A program made the translations under genes and the position numbers. From the IMG/VR virus record IMGVR_UViG_3300035670_000078, positions 1 through 64,000 of that record: 64,000 nucleotides of DNA, one strand, 5' to 3'. The notes beneath the pieces are model-generated. The model was not told the DNA's origin, searched no databases, and saw only the letters and a program-made list of their open reading frames with translations. Every line of letters begins with the position of its first letter. The first letter of the stretch is position 1. This DNA comes from a virus. Positions 1-7,850 of this stretch are shown here, piece after piece.

Positions 1-53
1 CCCGGATCATTATATATGAACGGGGGTGCCGTGTGCCGGTGTGCGGGGATCGG

Positions 54-312
54 TGTGTGTGTGTGTGTGTGTGTAGGGGGCCGGGGATAATGGGACCGGT
101 GGTGCGGGAAGAAATGGGGCCGATGCCTGGGGGCCGGGGATAATGGATTGAGGCTCGGTGGATAGTGGGGTGGGGGGTTATTCGATTATCTGCGGAGGGA
201 TAATGGGCTACTCGATTATCTGCGGAGGGATTATCGCCTGGGGGCCGGTGGGGTAGGTGGGGTAGGTGGCGGTGTGGTGGTGTGGATAATGGGGGTAGGG
301 GGGATTATCTGG
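54..312. repeat. G-rich low-complexity region with (GT)n tract and short direct repeats
   Basis: (GT)n at ~54-75; GGGGCCGGGGATAATGG twice; TCGATTATCTGCGGAGGGA twice (~182, ~212); many G-runs. Confidence 0.7.
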
Positions 313-480
313 GTAGCATCCTGAAAAGGGTTTGGGGCGTATTTTTCTGGGGAGGTGGCAGTGGGACCCTGGCGGGAGGGGTAGTTTTTTGTTTCTTAGT
401 GTGAAGCTCGCGAGCAATAACCCTGCAAACCCGCATAGAATAAGGGTTTGCGAGTATTCGACACCCTCGAAACTTTTACC

Positions 481-509
481 TTGCAAAGTGGAGAAGGTTA
501 GTGCACACT
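481..509 (+). promoter_or_regulatory. sigma70-like promoter
   Basis: TTGCAA-17 bp-CACACT upstream of a hairpin-rich leader and the first gene. Confidence 0.45.
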
Positions 510-687
510 TTATTCATCGGTCGGGAGGGAAACCCCCGACGCGATACTCTGAAAATCGAGACGTGAGAGAGAATCGGGAGGTAGGCTAGTCCTACCTCCG
601 AGAAGAGAGAGTGAACTAGGTTTACCCTCTCCTCTCGGATGACCCGAGACCCCGCTGGTGGGTTTACCAGTGATAGGAAGTAACACA

Positions 688-1035
688 ATGCGAAAGCGCA
701 TCGTAGATCCCAAGAATCACATCGTCCTCCCGACCGCGACGGCTTCGGCCGTCGCGGAGACTCCGGCTCCGGCTCCCTCGGTCGCGACGGAAGTCGCGGC
801 CGAGTGGAATCAATCTGGGACCGTCTTGACCCTCACCGGAATGGTGAGTGTGAAGTTGGTCGCGACCCGAGACGGGTCGCGTAACTTCGCGATGGTGACC
901 ATCGGGGAGGTGTCCTTCCCTGCCCCCGGGGGCTATGCCCCCGTGGGCGGGGATGTGATAACGGTACGATTGGCCTTCGACGGAAGGTATTTCAAGTGTG
1001 TACCGTACACCCTAAAGGTCGTCACGAAAGCGTGA
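688..1035 (+). CDS. hypothetical early protein
   Basis: ATG 688 after AGGA; followed by GCAA-loop hairpin 1050-1073. Confidence 0.7.
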   Translation: MRKRIVDPKNHIVLPTATASAVAETPAPAPSVATEVAAEWNQSGTVLTLTGMVSVKLVATRDGSRNFAMVTIGEVSFPAPGGYAPVGGDVITVRLAFDGRYFKCVPYTLKVVTKA

Positions 1036-1091
1036 CGACCTTTAGGGGAGCCCCGACCCGCAAGGGTCGGGGCCTTCCTTCGGAGGTGTGA

Positions 1092-1346
1092 ATGAAAGTC
1101 AAGGTTGATTTTCATCGGGCGTGGCCGTGGGGCCGCCCGATGAATACGACGCTGATTCGGCGTCGTGGTTCCCGATGGGTGGGCCATCGGGACCACGGCG
1201 CCGCGTGGCGCCGCGTGGTTGCTAGCATCCACGCGGCGCACCCCGACCCGGAAGATGGGGTCGGGTTTGAGAAGTACGCCACGGTCCGGCATCGTTGGAC
1301 CGTGGCGCTTCCCCACCGGGGCGAATGGTCGCCCTGGTGGCGCTGA
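1092..1346 (+). CDS. hypothetical protein
   Basis: GGAGGT RBS before ATG. Confidence 0.55.
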   Translation: MKVKVDFHRAWPWGRPMNTTLIRRRGSRWVGHRDHGAAWRRVVASIHAAHPDPEDGVGFEKYATVRHRWTVALPHRGEWSPWWR

Positions 1347-1459
1347 ATGGGACGGGGGGCCGCTGGCCCCCCGAGACGAGAGGGCGCGACCACGGTCCCG
1401 CTCTCTCGTCTCGGAATGTCCCGGGACCTTCCGGCGGGGATGCCGGGTTGGAGTGAATC

Positions 1460-1798
1460 ATGACATACGAATTCGGCCAGTATTTTCTGGCCGTGATCGC
1501 GATCGCCTTCGGGCTGTTCGCGATCACGGCGTCGGCGCGGATGGCGAAAGCCACCCGCGCGGAAGACTCGGCGGTCGCGGAAGCGACCGCCCTCCATTTC
1601 TTTGCAGCGGGGATGGCGGTCTTTACCGCCATCCTCGCCCTGCTCGTCGTCCTGTTCGACGGCCCCGCGTGGGCCGCGAGCGGGACGACCCTGCTAGCCT
1701 TCGCAACCGCGAAGGCTAGCAGGATGGCGAGGGCCCACCGCGACGCCATGATGGCGTCGCAGTGGGCCGATCACCTGCTCACCGGCAACCGCCGGTGA
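1460..1798 (+). CDS. small membrane protein
   Basis: GGAG RBS; 2-3 hydrophobic segments. Confidence 0.65.
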   Translation: MTYEFGQYFLAVIAIAFGLFAITASARMAKATRAEDSAVAEATALHFFAAGMAVFTAILALLVVLFDGPAWAASGTTLLAFATAKASRMARAHRDAMMASQWADHLLTGNRR

Positions 1799-1804
1799 GC
1801 AGGT

Positions 1805-1899
1805 GGGGGCCGACCCTTGCGGGTCGGCCCCCTCTCGGAGCGAGCGCCCCGCTCGCTCCGAGGCGTCAGGCGATCGACTCGATCGCCTGACGCCTCGGA
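1805..1899. repeat. cluster of perfect palindromes
   Basis: 1805-1832, 1834-1862 and a 43-bp palindrome 1857-1899 (21-bp arms, 1-nt centre). Confidence 0.9.
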
Positions 1900-2136
1900 T
1901 GGTCCGAGGACCCGACCGGCAGGGGATGCCGGAAAAGGATGGGGCCAATGCTGCCCCGGTTGAAACGGCGCTGGGTGAAACGCCCAATGCCTCACGTCGA
2001 AGCGGTCGGGCGCAAGTGGCGCCCGACCGCCCACGCCCATCGGGCGGTGTGGATCGCCTGCGCTTGGCGCAGGTGGATCCGCACCTGCGCCGCCCTAAAC
2101 TCCCTCAGGCGCTGCGCCTGAGGGAGTTTGATTGCA

Positions 2137-2170
2137 GCCCCGACCCGATGGGTCGGGGCCTTTTGCGTTT
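2137..2170 (+). terminator. intrinsic terminator
   Basis: GCCCCGACCC-GAT-GGGTCGGGGC then CTTTTGCGTTT. Confidence 0.6.
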
Positions 2171-2514
2171 GGGCTGCCCACGCGCTACGCTGCACGCCTA
2201 CGGCCTGCAGCTTGAAAACCGCAAAAACTCCGCGCCTCCCTCCGGTCGGCGCGGAGTTTTTCGAGCCGAGGGGGCAAGCCCCCTCGGGCTCCCCCAATAT
2301 AAAGGACCGTCTCTTCGAGCCGGCCGTTTATATTATAAGAACGACCGTCTCTTCGAGCCGGGTCGTTCGGACGCCGAGGGGGCGGCGCCCCCTCGGACTC
2401 CCCCGCAAGCGGTGGCAACGCTTCGCGTGCGATGATTAGATATCCTTGCCTTCGATAAATATCCGAGGGACGGGAAGCTGCAACAGCCCCAGCAAACTCT
2501 GTGGTACCCGAAAA

Positions 2515-3233
2515 GCAGGAGACGCTGCGCTCTCCTGCACCTCTCGCTACTCGAGCGGCTTCGCCGCTCCCCAGGGGATTGGCCGCAGGCGATATAGATA
2601 CATCTTGAAAAGGGGGGACAAATGACAGGGTGACAGGATGGTTATTTGGATTTCCCCTTAAAGCTAACGCTCGGGGAAATAATGGGGTGGGGTTGGGAAA
2701 AGGGAATGGCCGCAGGCGATTATAAACATTTTGAATGGGGAGGGGGGAGTGGTGGAGTGACAGGATGGTTATTTGGAAATTGGGGTAAGGGTAACGGGGA
2801 TGGCCGCAGGCGAGAGTAAGTGTTTTGAAAAGTGAGGGGGGAGTGGCGGAGTGACAGGATGGTTATTCGCATTTCCCCTTATGGGTAACGAGAATATTTG
2901 GGGATGGGTAATGGGGAGGGCCGCAGGCGGGATAGGGGCATTTTGAAAGGAGAGGGGGGAGGGGTGGGATGACAGGATGGTTATTTGGATTTACGTTTAT
3001 GGGTAACGTGGAGGCTGGGGGAGGGGGACGCCTTCGGCTCCCCCTCCCCCAGACCCCCTCCCCCTAGAGCAGGAGACGCTGCGCTCTCCTGCACCTCTCG
3101 CTCCTAGCGCAGGAGACGCTGCGCTCTCCTGCACCTCTAGCTCCTAGAGTTCTGCCCGCTGGGCAGAACTCGCAGGAGACGCTGCGCTCTCCTGCACCTC
3201 TAGCTCCTAGAGTTCTGCCTGCAGGCAGAACTC
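2515..3233. repeat. REP-like palindromic repeat GCAGGAGACGCTGCGCTCTCCTGCACCTCT x4
   Basis: copies at 2515, 3069, 3109, 3172; interleaved with GAGTTCTGCC..GGCAGAACTC hairpins (3147, 3210). Confidence 0.9.
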
Positions 3234-3561
3234 CGGCCCCACAGTCTCTCATTGCCAGAATAAACCTCAGTGTGTGGGGGCCCCGTGTCGCCCAGTGGGT
3301 GCGGTGGCAGCGCTCCGCGCGCGTCGTTTGCTATCAGCAGCCCACGTCCCTGCTCGCACCCCATCCACCTCGACGGGCAGCATATTTCCTCCGATGCCAG
3401 CTCATTGCTACCCGACCTGCTAGGGGCTACCGCCCCTAGGACCCCGTAGGGAAGGGTGGGGATATTGGTAAGGCCGCAGGCGATAGGGAGACATTTTGCA
3501 AGGGAGGGGGGAGGGGGGAGGATGACAGGATGGTTATTTGAGAATAATGATTAAGGTGACG
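2581..3561. repeat. five fixed-spacing ~89-bp composite modules
   Basis: GGCCGCAGGCG..TTG(A/C)A..TGACAGGATGGTTATT..T(A/G)ACG at 2581, 2708, 2802, 2919, 3472. Confidence 0.9.
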
Positions 3562-3590
3562 GGGAAATAGGAAGAGGGGAGAGGGGGGAG

Positions 3591-4090
3591 GAGAGCGTCC
3601 TCGTCAGGACGCTGAAGAAGCATCGGCCCTCCTCAGTTTGATATCATCACCATCAGCCCCATAGGAGGTGGGAAAAGTAAGTGGGGGGTCGCAAGAGGTT
3701 GGTGGATACGCATCATGCCGCGAGTGTGCACTACACACGAGCGCGGGCTCGGCGTACGCGGGGACGCGCTCTCGCTTCGCGCGCGTCCCCGCCAACGAAA
3801 ATGCGACAGCGCTCCACACCTCCGTGCGGCTATCCATTTTCCTGCTCGCTGCGCTCCCAGAAAAATGGGCCGCACGGGGCGTTCCGCGCCATCGATTTTC
3901 GTTGCACCTCCCCCTTATGCGCTCGTGTCCTCATAGTGCACGCGGCAAATAGCTGCGTATCGACCCCAACCTCCAGCGACGGGGTCCCACTGAGCTGTTC
4001 CCATGGGGCTGACGGCGAGGAAGGTGGGATGAGATAGCAAACGGAGGGGGACTCGATGTTCTAGGTCAGCGTCCTGACGAGGAAGCTCTT
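3591..4090. repeat. large imperfect inverted repeat with self-complementary spacer
   Basis: arms ~3591-3746 and ~3919-4090 (GAGAGCGTCCTCGTCAGGACGCTGA / TCAGCGTCCTGACGAGGAAGCTCTT); internal stems in spacer. Confidence 0.85.
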
Positions 4091-4109
4091 TATTAAATAT
4101 TATAAAGGG

Positions 4110-4853
4110 TGATGATCGGATAGGATCAAGTGAAGAACAGACTGACTTACGCATTGAGCAAGAGGGTTTTGTCTGGAGCTAATTCCAGTTACCGGTCGAC
4201 GAAAAAGCGGAGATCGGGATATAGGGGAGGCTGAACGGTTTATTCGGATGAGAGAGTTGGGAAACTCTCGGGTTCTGGATTTATTCGTAGAGTAGGCTGA
4301 TGATCCCGTCGAGAGACGAAAAACCTCAAAGGGCTGTTGGACTGATTGCAAGTCTCGGTCACTTGGTATCGCACGGTAGGCGCAACATCCAGTTCTGGTG
4401 CGAAGGAACTGCCGCCTATGACGGGTTAAGAAGTGTGTTAGACTTCGAATGCCGTGGGTATCACTCTAGAGAATATTCTAGGGACTCGGGAAATTGAGTT
4501 CTCGAGTTGGACAAACAACAGAGAGTATGAGGATCGAAACCTAGTTCGAGATGACCAGGGGGTGTGGTAAGGTCCACCGTCTGGTCAGGGTAGGGACTGG
4601 GAGTGGGGTTTGGGTACCTCCTCGCACGCATGCAGCATCTCCTAAGGCTGCGAGCGCAGCGAGCACCCCAACATCCTGCACACTCCCCCTCCCCCTGCCC
4701 GACTTGGATCTCAGTTTACCGTTTACGGTAGACCCGGCTAATAAACAGGTGACCCTGGATAATAAGGTGGTCAACCGTGGCGTAAAACCCATGCACCGAT
4801 TATCCAGTGGCCCTGGCTTCCTCTGAAGCGAAACTGCCTCGACTGGGGCAGTA
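4110..4853 (+). ncRNA. candidate large structured non-coding RNA (~750 nt)
   Basis: no credible ORF; many stems with G-U pairs, GNRA loops and nested long-range pairings; boundaries approximate. Confidence 0.55.
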
Positions 4854-4887
4854 GGCGGGGATGGTCCCGCCCTGATGAGCCAGGAGG
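4819..4887 (+). ncRNA. type II hammerhead ribozyme
   Basis: GAAA 4830-33; stem III CTGCCTC/GGGGCAG; GTA cleavage triplet 4851-53; stem I GGCGGGG/TCCCGCC; CTGATGA 4872-78; stem II closed by G-C, C-G. Confidence 0.9.
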
Positions 4888-4892
4888 CGATA

Positions 4893-5105
4893 ATGAGAAT
4901 AACGATGCCGACGAAGTCCGATAAGTGCCCGGCCTGCGGGTCGGGGATGATTAATCGTACGCCCAGAGAGTGGGTGGGCCGGTCAGATATGATGGTCTGC
5001 CCGAAGTCCGAATCCGAAAACGAAGACGCGGGCCTCGAGGGTCTCGTGCTTCGAGAACGGGTCGGCGGAAAGGTGGTGCGCCAGGTGGTCTGGTGCATTG
5101 GATAG
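4893..5105 (+). CDS. small Zn-ribbon protein
   Basis: AGGAGG RBS; CPACG..M..RTPREW, paralogous to 8237-8443. Confidence 0.7.
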   Translation: MRITMPTKSDKCPACGSGMINRTPREWVGRSDMMVCPKSESENEDAGLEGLVLRERVGGKVVRQVVWCIG

Positions 5106-5152
5106 ACTGTACTTCCAGTCTAGTGGAACGAATAAAACAAAAGGAAAATGAC

Positions 5153-5467
5153 ATGCAATGTGAAAACTGTGGTGGTCGGATGATCGGCGATGGCTTCAGC
5201 CGTCCTAGAACCTGTGAGATGGTGTCCTGGGAGGGCCAGGGCATCGAGTCGATTATCTTCTGCGAGGAGGAGAAAGCAATGTTCGAAGTGATCACGTTCT
5301 TCAACGACATGGGCCGTACATGGCACGTCGAGGTTCAGAAGGCGGAGGGCTCCGGTAACGGTGAGCCGTCTCACTCGGTCCACCCCACCTTGGCCGCAGC
5401 TCAGGAGGCAGCACGGGACCTCTTTGCCCAATTCGGTAAGGAGGGTGACGTCCTCTTCCTCGGGTGA
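5153..5467 (+). CDS. hypothetical protein, N-terminal CxxC
   Basis: AAGGA RBS; MQCENCGG. Confidence 0.7.
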   Translation: MQCENCGGRMIGDGFSRPRTCEMVSWEGQGIESIIFCEEEKAMFEVITFFNDMGRTWHVEVQKAEGSGNGEPSHSVHPTLAAAQEAARDLFAQFGKEGDVLFLG

Positions 5468-5544
5468 GCGTCTTCTCTTCCTCCCCTTGGAGATGCACCC
5501 ATCCAAGGTTCGAGGTTACTGGGGGGTGCGAGGAGGTGATGGGT

Positions 5545-5751
5545 ATGTATCAAATTAATGTGAGAGGTCGTGCTTGGTGGTGGTGCGGGGGCCTGTCCCC
5601 CAGCGCCGCCGATGTAAAGGCGATGGAAGAGACCCACATGTGCCCCTCGTGCGGGGGCGGGTTCGTTCCGGGCTTCCTCGGCCCGGAGTGTGAAAACCTA
5701 AACGAAGGGCCGTTCGACGAGGACGGCGGGGGGGACGACGACTATGAATGA
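5545..5751 (+). CDS. hypothetical Zn-finger protein
   Basis: GAGGAGG RBS; CPSCGG; overlaps next start. Confidence 0.55.
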   Translation: MYQINVRGRAWWWCGGLSPSAADVKAMEETHMCPSCGGGFVPGFLGPECENLNEGPFDEDGGGDDDYE

Positions 5752-6007
5752 GCTGTATGATCTGCTACCGCTCAACGCCCGGATCGAGGGGGCGTGGGCG
5801 GTGGTTTCGCAACTGAAGGCGCAGGTGGAGGCCAAGGCCAAGGCGTCCATCGATCCGTGGGAGAAAGCCCATGCGATGATCGCGACCCATGAGCTGGCCG
5901 AGGCGATGCGCCGCCTGGATCAAGCGCGCCTGTCCGTGATCCAAGCGTTCGCCGAGACCTTCGACGATGGCGTCGATGCGCTGCTCGGCGGCTGCGACGA
6001 AGAATAA
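5744..6007 (+). CDS. hypothetical protein
   Basis: coupled ORF with typical codon usage. Confidence 0.65.
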   Translation: MNELYDLLPLNARIEGAWAVVSQLKAQVEAKAKASIDPWEKAHAMIATHELAEAMRRLDQARLSVIQAFAETFDDGVDALLGGCDEE

Positions 6008-6031
6008 TCCACAGTTAAGGAGGTAATCACT

Positions 6032-6361
6032 ATGCGTCTTGTTAATCTGACACCACATCTGATCCGTGTTCAACCCGTGCTCGACGGGGAAATCCTCGAG
6101 CTGCCCAGCGAGGGCGTGGCTCGGGTCACCATCACCGACGAAATAATCGGCGACGTCGATGGTATCCCGGTCGTCGCCGGCACCCCCGGTGAGGTCACGG
6201 GTATCCCCGACCCCATTGAGGGCGTCATCTTCATCGTGTCGGCCATCGTCCTTTCGGCGCTCAATGGGAGCCGTAAGGACGTCATGGCGCCCGACACCGG
6301 GCCGACGGCTATCCGAAAGGATGGCCAAGTCTGGGCCGTGACCCGTCTTCGGGCACGCTGA
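6032..6361 (+). CDS. conserved viral hypothetical protein (NLTPH family)
   Basis: AAGGAGGT RBS; NLTPH..P.P.EGVIFIVS..R.DV.APDTG..AIR..G motif pattern. Confidence 0.8.
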   Translation: MRLVNLTPHLIRVQPVLDGEILELPSEGVARVTITDEIIGDVDGIPVVAGTPGEVTGIPDPIEGVIFIVSAIVLSALNGSRKDVMAPDTGPTAIRKDGQVWAVTRLRAR

Positions 6362-6370
6362 CCCACACAA

Positions 6371-6432
6371 GGGCCGGGCATCGTCCCGGCTCGCCATCTC
6401 AGGGCACCATGCGTGGTGTTCTGACATGGCGA
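6371..6432 (+). ncRNA. two-hairpin intergenic motif, copy 1
   Basis: GC hairpin + CGCCATCTCAG-GGCACCA-TGCG-TGGTGTT-CTGACATGGCG. Confidence 0.75.
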
Positions 6433-6481
6433 TGTTCGCCAATTGTGCCGGCAATATCCGGCGCTTGAAGGAGATAATCAG

Positions 6482-7057
6482 ATGCAGCACATCGAAACCG
6501 TTGTTCACAATGCCATCCGCAACATCCGCCTGGCCGTGGCCGGGCATTCAGAATGGCCGACGGGCCGGGTCGAGGGTCTGGCCAAGGAGCTGACCTATGA
6601 CAACCATTCCCCCGAGCAGGTCGTGGATATCAGGCTGGCCGTTGCGGCGGCCGTGCACGAGTTCGGCGGGTACGACAATGTGCCCGACGAGGTGTGGCGT
6701 GTGGTCGCCGGTATCGGCTGTGAAATCCACGCAGCCGAGTTCTGCGGCGATCCCGATGTGATGGGCGGCACCGCCCAGGGTGCGTTCTTCATCGTCCCGT
6801 TCCATGGTATATCCAAAGGGCACCCACTCATCAACGCCATCGAGGCGTTCGGGGGCATGACCCTCTATCATGAGTTCGAGGACACCATCATGGAAGAAGG
6901 CCCAAACAAAACCTGGGTCGATACCGTGGTGTTCGATTTAGTCGAGTTCATCGGCCGCAAGGTCGATGGCCGCCTCGTGATCGACGTCATCAATCACCGG
7001 TGGGACGAGACCACCAACAAGTTCCACCACCTGCTGCTCCTGGGAGGTGCCAAGTGA
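6482..7057 (+). CDS. hypothetical protein
   Basis: AAGGAG RBS. Confidence 0.75.
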   Translation: MQHIETVVHNAIRNIRLAVAGHSEWPTGRVEGLAKELTYDNHSPEQVVDIRLAVAAAVHEFGGYDNVPDEVWRVVAGIGCEIHAAEFCGDPDVMGGTAQGAFFIVPFHGISKGHPLINAIEAFGGMTLYHEFEDTIMEEGPNKTWVDTVVFDLVEFIGRKVDGRLVIDVINHRWDETTNKFHHLLLLGGAK

Positions 7058-7620
7058 AGAAGCTCGTTCTCATCGTCAGCAGCGACGATCGAAGCTGCGA
7101 CACCAAGATGGTCAGGGCAAAGCTCGATGCCCTGGCCGGTCGGTTCAACATCATCGCCATGTACAGCACGGGCGGCAACGAGCGGGCGTTCGACGCCACC
7201 GCCGCAGCTCGTGCCTGGGCGCGTCAGAACGGGGTTCGGGATATTCCCGTTTACCCCGACTGGGATCGTAACGGCAAGCGGGCTGGCTACATGCGTAACA
7301 GCAAGCTCGTCACGCTGGCGACGTACGAGAAGGACAAGGCAGGGGCGTCAGTCGCGGCGCTACTCTGGGCGGGGGCTGAGCCCATCGTCCATCTCTACAA
7401 GCAGTGCCTCGCGGCGCGCATCGCTGTAGAGAAAATCGGTAAATGGCCATCGCTCCCGGTGGGCGGGAGCGATTGGTCGAAAAAGCGACTCGGCGTTTCC
7501 GAGGTTGAAGAGGAGGAACTAGACAATGAAGATCTCGATCTGGACGATCAAACAATTTCGGGGGCTCCGGCCTGGCTCAACCCTACCCCGCGAGTTCCTG
7601 GTCGAGGCGGGCCTCGATGA
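7054..7620 (+). CDS. SLOG-superfamily (YspA/DUF2493-like) protein
   Basis: GGAGG RBS, GTG start; AAARAWA..G..YPDWDRNGKRAGYMRN motif. Confidence 0.75.
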   Translation: MKKLVLIVSSDDRSCDTKMVRAKLDALAGRFNIIAMYSTGGNERAFDATAAARAWARQNGVRDIPVYPDWDRNGKRAGYMRNSKLVTLATYEKDKAGASVAALLWAGAEPIVHLYKQCLAARIAVEKIGKWPSLPVGGSDWSKKRLGVSEVEEEELDNEDLDLDDQTISGAPAWLNPTPRVPGRGGPR

Positions 7621-7705
7621 GGACGCCGACTGGGAGGTCGTCGAAATAAACGGAAACACGTTGGTCGTGAAGATGGTCGATTATTTCGATCATCTCGCTG
7701 ACTAA
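7526..7705 (+). CDS. 59-aa hypothetical protein absent from the ORF track
   Basis: AGGAGG RBS; MKISIWTIKQ...YFDHLAD*; stop directly precedes motif copy 2. Confidence 0.6.
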   Translation: MKISIWTIKQFRGLRPGSTLPREFLVEAGLDEDADWEVVEINGNTLVVKMVDYFDHLAD

Positions 7706-7712
7706 CCTGGAT

Positions 7713-7775
7713 GCCCCGGTGAAAGGCCGGGGCCGCCATCTCAGGGTTTCGTGCGCGATACTCTGACATGGCGGC
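7713..7775 (+). ncRNA. two-hairpin intergenic motif, copy 2
   Basis: GCCCCGGT/GCCGGGGC hairpin + CGCCATCTCAG-GGTTTCG-TGCG-CGATACT-CTGACATGGCG. Confidence 0.75.
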
Positions 7776-7850
7776 GTGTCCGCCTAACAGCAGCTTCAAG
7801 GTACACCACGGTGGTGTGCACGTCGCTGCTTTGCTCTGGAGAGTTTCAAA

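Noticed and set aside
1803-2435. 210-aa ORF
   Set aside because: Runs through palindromes and a terminator, lacks an RBS and has non-protein-like composition
2515-3561. CRISPR array
   Set aside because: Repeats are composite or adjacent, without regular unique spacers; no cas genes in the window
4297-4330. Second hammerhead (CTGATGA-TCCC-GTC-GAGA-GAC-GAAA)
   Set aside because: 4-nt insertion in the core and no convincing stems I/III
4061-4545. Hammerhead with a huge stem II insert (CTAGGTC..CTGACGA...CGAAACCTAG)
   Set aside because: Stem I cannot form and stem II is weak; the 5' part belongs to the inverted-repeat arm
4100-4800. Group I/II intron, RNase P or tmRNA identity
   Set aside because: No P7, domain V, GAGGAAAGUCC or tRNA-like termini recognised
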